Part shown: positions 60,475 to 64,000 of the stretch, in pieces
Layout: every line of letters starts with the position of its first letter
How positions within the stretch are numbered: position 1 is the stretch's first letter
Assembly: GCA_051313645.2 (NCBI GenBank)
Contig: JBNRSN020000003.1
Span: 422,034,001 to 422,098,000 of the forward strand
Direction: 5' to 3'
Origin: Centroscyllium fabricii
Taxonomy: Eukaryota
DNA: 64,000 nucleotides
Translations under genes and position numbers: made by a program
Notes under the pieces: model-generated
Told to the model about the DNA's origin: nothing
The model's input: only the letters and a program-made list of their open reading frames with translations
Databases searched by the model: none

Positions 60475-60828
60475 TAATTTAAGTCGATTTGGAATTTCTA
60501 TTTTTTTCCTCAGATTCTCTGACTACAGGAAATTCTGCCCTTGGATGTTACAGTTCTAATCAAAACTCTTGTTCCCTTCCTCTCTAATTTATCTACCCAA
60601 CCCATTTTTGCATAGAATTTAATAGCTGCTAACCTGCTCAAGTATTGTGGAAGTATCCATAACCAGGACAGACCAAGCTCAAATTTAAAATCTTGTTTTA
60701 GCCCTTCTCACAATGAAGTAGTCTTTTTGCATCAATTTTCTCCCTCTCCTGAAGGTGCTTAACTCTTGCTGCTGGAATGTGGTTCAATGTGCCAGTCGCC
60801 CTCCAGTACCTCGCTCAAGTGGCCACAT

Positions 60829-61227
60829 GACACGGTGGCACAGTGGTTAGCACTGTTGTCTCACAGCACTGGAGACCCGGGTTCAAATCCAGCCTCGGGT
60901 ACTATCTGTGTGGAGTTTGCACATTCTCTCCGTGTCTGCGTGGGTTTCCTCCAGGTGCTCCGGTTTCCTCCCACAGTCCAAAGATGTGCGGATTAGGTTG
61001 ATTGGCCATGGTAAATTGACCCTTAGTGTTAGGGGGATTGAATGTGTGGGGTTGCGGGGATGGGGTGGGATATGTGTCGATGCAGGCTCGATAGGGATCG
61101 AGGGATGTGGGGAGAGGGCGGGGGCGGGGTACTGGGTTTGGATGTTCAGCCATGATCTCATTGAATGGCGGAGCAGGCTCGAAGGGCCGAATGGCCTACT
61201 CCTGCTCCTAGTTTCTATGTTTCTATG
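60829..61227 (+). mobile_element. Near full-length HE1-like V-SINE
   Basis: A box GTGGCACAGTGG, B box GGTTCAAATCC, V-domain and CR1-like tail TTTCTATGTTTCTATG. Confidence 0.9.
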
Positions 61228-61458
61228 AACTTAGGCGTTGGATGCTGGGAGGCTATTGGATTGCAGGGGGCATAAAGCGGATATGTCCTCACTGAATGTC
61301 CACACATATGCTTTTGCAGTCGGTAGGTGAGTGTGCTGGATTGTGTCCAGAGACATGAACAGTGGTGAACTTCCCCTCCCGACCCAGAATCACTGACTCA
61401 CATTCTAGCGTTCATACCACTGGTCAGCCGGCTCAGCCCAGACCAGAGATTTAACCTG

Positions 61459-62175
61459 ATAGCAAAATATTGCGGATGCTGGAAATCCGAAATAACAACA
61501 GAAAACGCTGGAAAAACTCAGCAGGCCAGGCAGCATCGGTGGAGAGAGAAACACAGTTAATGTTTCAGGTCGATGGCCTTTCGTCAGAACTGGAAAAAAA
61601 ACAGGAGAGGGGATCGATTTTAAAGCAAGTGAGGGCTGGGGAAAGGGGGAGGGGGTGAAAGAACAAAAGGGAAGGTCAGCGACAGGATAGAAGAAGAGAC
61701 ATCTGCGTTTGTGTGTTCAATTATATACGTTCTTTTTCTGTGTTTTGGCAAAAGAAGATGTATCTTGTCATGCCAATAAAGCAATTTGAATTGAATTGAA
61801 AATTGAGAGACTTTAAGAGATATTCAAGGAACACAGGATGGCTCTGGATGAAGTGTGAATGGCTCTGGCAGAGAGAAGGACAAAGAAAAAAGCCCAGACG
61901 AAAGTGTGGATTAAAAAGAGAGAAAATATACGCAGGTGTGTATATATGTGATGGGGACGGAGGTTATGATCTAAAATTGTTGAACTCTATGTTTAGTCCA
62001 GAGGTCTGTCGAGTGCCTACGTGAAAGATAAGGTGCTGTTCCTCGGGCTTACGCGGGACAATGCAAGAGGCCACAGACAGAGGGGCCTGAATGGGAGTGG
62101 GGTGGAGAATTAAAGGGACAGGCCACCGGGAGTTCGGGGTCCCCCTTACGGAATGAACGGAGGTGTTCCGCAAAG
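61459..62175 (-). mobile_element. Penelope-like remnant (GIY-YIG tail plus 3' end) with a small nested non-LTR 3' tail (~61700-61806)
   Basis: Minus-strand RKPEEQHLIFHVGTRQTSGLNIEFNNFRS; 15-bp TSD CAGAGATTTAACCTG (61444-61458, 62176-62190). The nested piece ends AATAAAGCAATTTGAATTGAATTGA with GAGAC on both sides. Confidence 0.85.
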
Positions 62176-64000
62176 CAGAGATTTAACCTGCTGGGCTGGC
62201 AGCCTGAATGTATCAGCTGCTCAATACCTGAACTAGCTATGTCACCAGAGGAGTCTTATGGCGTCCTTTGAAAATTAAGTACAATTCAGATTCAAATTGC
62301 AATCTAATAATAGGATCAATGTTTATAAACTAAGATATTGAGGATTTAGCTATACTGGGCCTGTACCACTGTAATGGCACATACCCTGCTGCAGCCTTAC
62401 ACTCATGTAGAGTGAGGAGGTTGACACACAGCGCACCGTATATGAGTCACCGGGTTTTATGTAAAAAGATGTCGAGCATCATTTACAAAACAATGAAACT
62501 TTAACTTGTAGAAAGCTTTAAAAGTAACAGATTGAGGGAGTGACTGGTGCAGTTGATAAGAACACTCATTCTTTTCCTCTTGGCACTCAGATTTGAACCT
62601 ACACCATCCCAGATGAGATAAAAGTGTCCTGTCTGCTTCTACTAGAGCAAAATTAGTTCACTAGTCTCCACATTGTTGCAGTGAGCACAAGCCCTCGTGG
62701 TACAAAAGTGAGCAGTTTCACTCATAAGTCATAAAGGTGCTGGAATGAGAAATAGAAAGAAGAAATTAGTGCAGAAGGGGGTAATTTTTCTGCAGCTGAG
62801 ATTGAAGTGCATTGTTGGGGTAATGTGAAGGAAGCTTTACTCTGTAGCTAAGCTGTCCCTGTTGACATTGATAATGGTACCAGAACCGGAAAACAAGTTC
62901 CAATCCCCAATATTAGCATAAATAGCATCTCAAAAAGAAAAAATAAGGAAAAGATTTTTTAAAATTAATATTCCTCATGACATGCTCTGTACTATGAGAC
63001 AGTTTTGATTTTTACAATTCAATGTTGGAAGAGAACACTTCTTTAAATTTCAGCAAACTTTCCATTTTAGTAACTCTAAAGCTAAATGGATTTAAACTGT
63101 CATTTTCCCAAGAGCCATTTATTTTGGCGAGCTCTATTGATTTCTTTTTTATTATTTGGGTGCAGGAAATGCAGTTATTTCTGAATAATGGTATGTTACT
63201 ATTACAACTACCCACATCTATTACAATTACACAACATGAACCAGAACCTTCAAATGAGCCCATTTAGTGATTCAAACAGCATTTCAGAATGATTCTGTAA
63301 CATGACCACAAACTATTTCTATTTGGAGCATTCTTCAATTTCATTACATTTTTGAAGCATTGGACCCAAAATATTTTATCTGAAATAATCTGTGTGTTTA
63401 ATTAATATAATTCACTAAATTACCCAAATATTACAAACTCTGTCCTATTTGTATATAGTGTAAAAATGCTGCTTTAATCATTGATGGCTACAGTAACACA
63501 AGCTGTCTTTGTAAATCAATATAAATTCTGCAAAGTGACAGATCATAATCTGTAAGACACTTTAGGATATTACATGTCAACTGGGGGTTTTACCATATGA
63601 GACAGCAGGCACATTATTGCAATTGTAGAAAAATCTGTGTATGCATAAACATGCTACAGCATAGAACCGACAGTGTGCAAGTGTTTGCAGACAATAAAAA
63701 TCACGCAGGCTGAAGCAATGGCCGTACTTTGCAAATTGCTCGTCGCTAAATTACTACAAAGGTCTTATGGTTTTGTATGATTACTGGACGCATTTAACTT
63801 GTGATAAGATTACACATATGTAGAGCTGCACATAACTAAAAACAAATTTTTCTTTCCTTCCCTTTCATTGCACATAAAGCAAGTTTTCTAGCAGTACCCA
63901 TATTCAACATTTCCATTATTTTACAAAATCGGATAAGATGCAGCTGTGATGGAACCTTACCTTCTGTTTGGGTGTATAGTTTAGATGACCCTCAATGTAG

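Noticed and set aside
60829-60900. tRNA gene (also 4485-4553 and 51235-51298)
   Set aside because: A/B boxes belong to SINE heads that continue into the V-domain and LINE tail; no convincing cloverleaf.
63956-64000. Strong minus-strand donor (AG|GTAAGG) as the end of the preceding MAPKAP1 exon
   Set aside because: The frame needed for a phase-1 junction contains TGA, and no frame resembles the expected KRRKGSQKVSG. The true upstream exon is probably beyond the window.

Overview
Repeat-dense vertebrate genomic DNA, most likely a cartilaginous fish (inferred from HE1/V-SINE-type SINEs, Deu-domain SINEs and shark-type CR1 LINEs). The window lies inside the minus-strand gene MAPKAP1 (SIN1, an mTORC2 subunit). 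Three internal coding exons (59773-59880, 31613-31753, 20197-20334) are recognisable by translation and canonical splice sites; the ORF track misses all three. The rest is intron. It holds CR1 LINE fragments, tRNA-derived SINEs, Penelope-like (GIY-YIG) remnants with minimal hammerhead-ribozyme motifs, a solo LTR, Tc1/mariner- and Harbinger-type MITEs (often nested), possible DIRS fossils and TE-poor blocks that look like conserved enhancers. The most unusual signal is a hairpin at 55115-55288 with strand-biased T>C hypermutation confined to its stem, resembling ADAR A-to-I editing fixed in DNA. Also notable are MITEs carrying NRF1/YY1/NF-Y/PBX motif arrays, a 144-bp duplication around a CR1 and a locally templated 46-bp insertion. 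Repeat-family names come from recognised motifs, not database searches. Boundaries are approximate unless a TSD or TIR is quoted.
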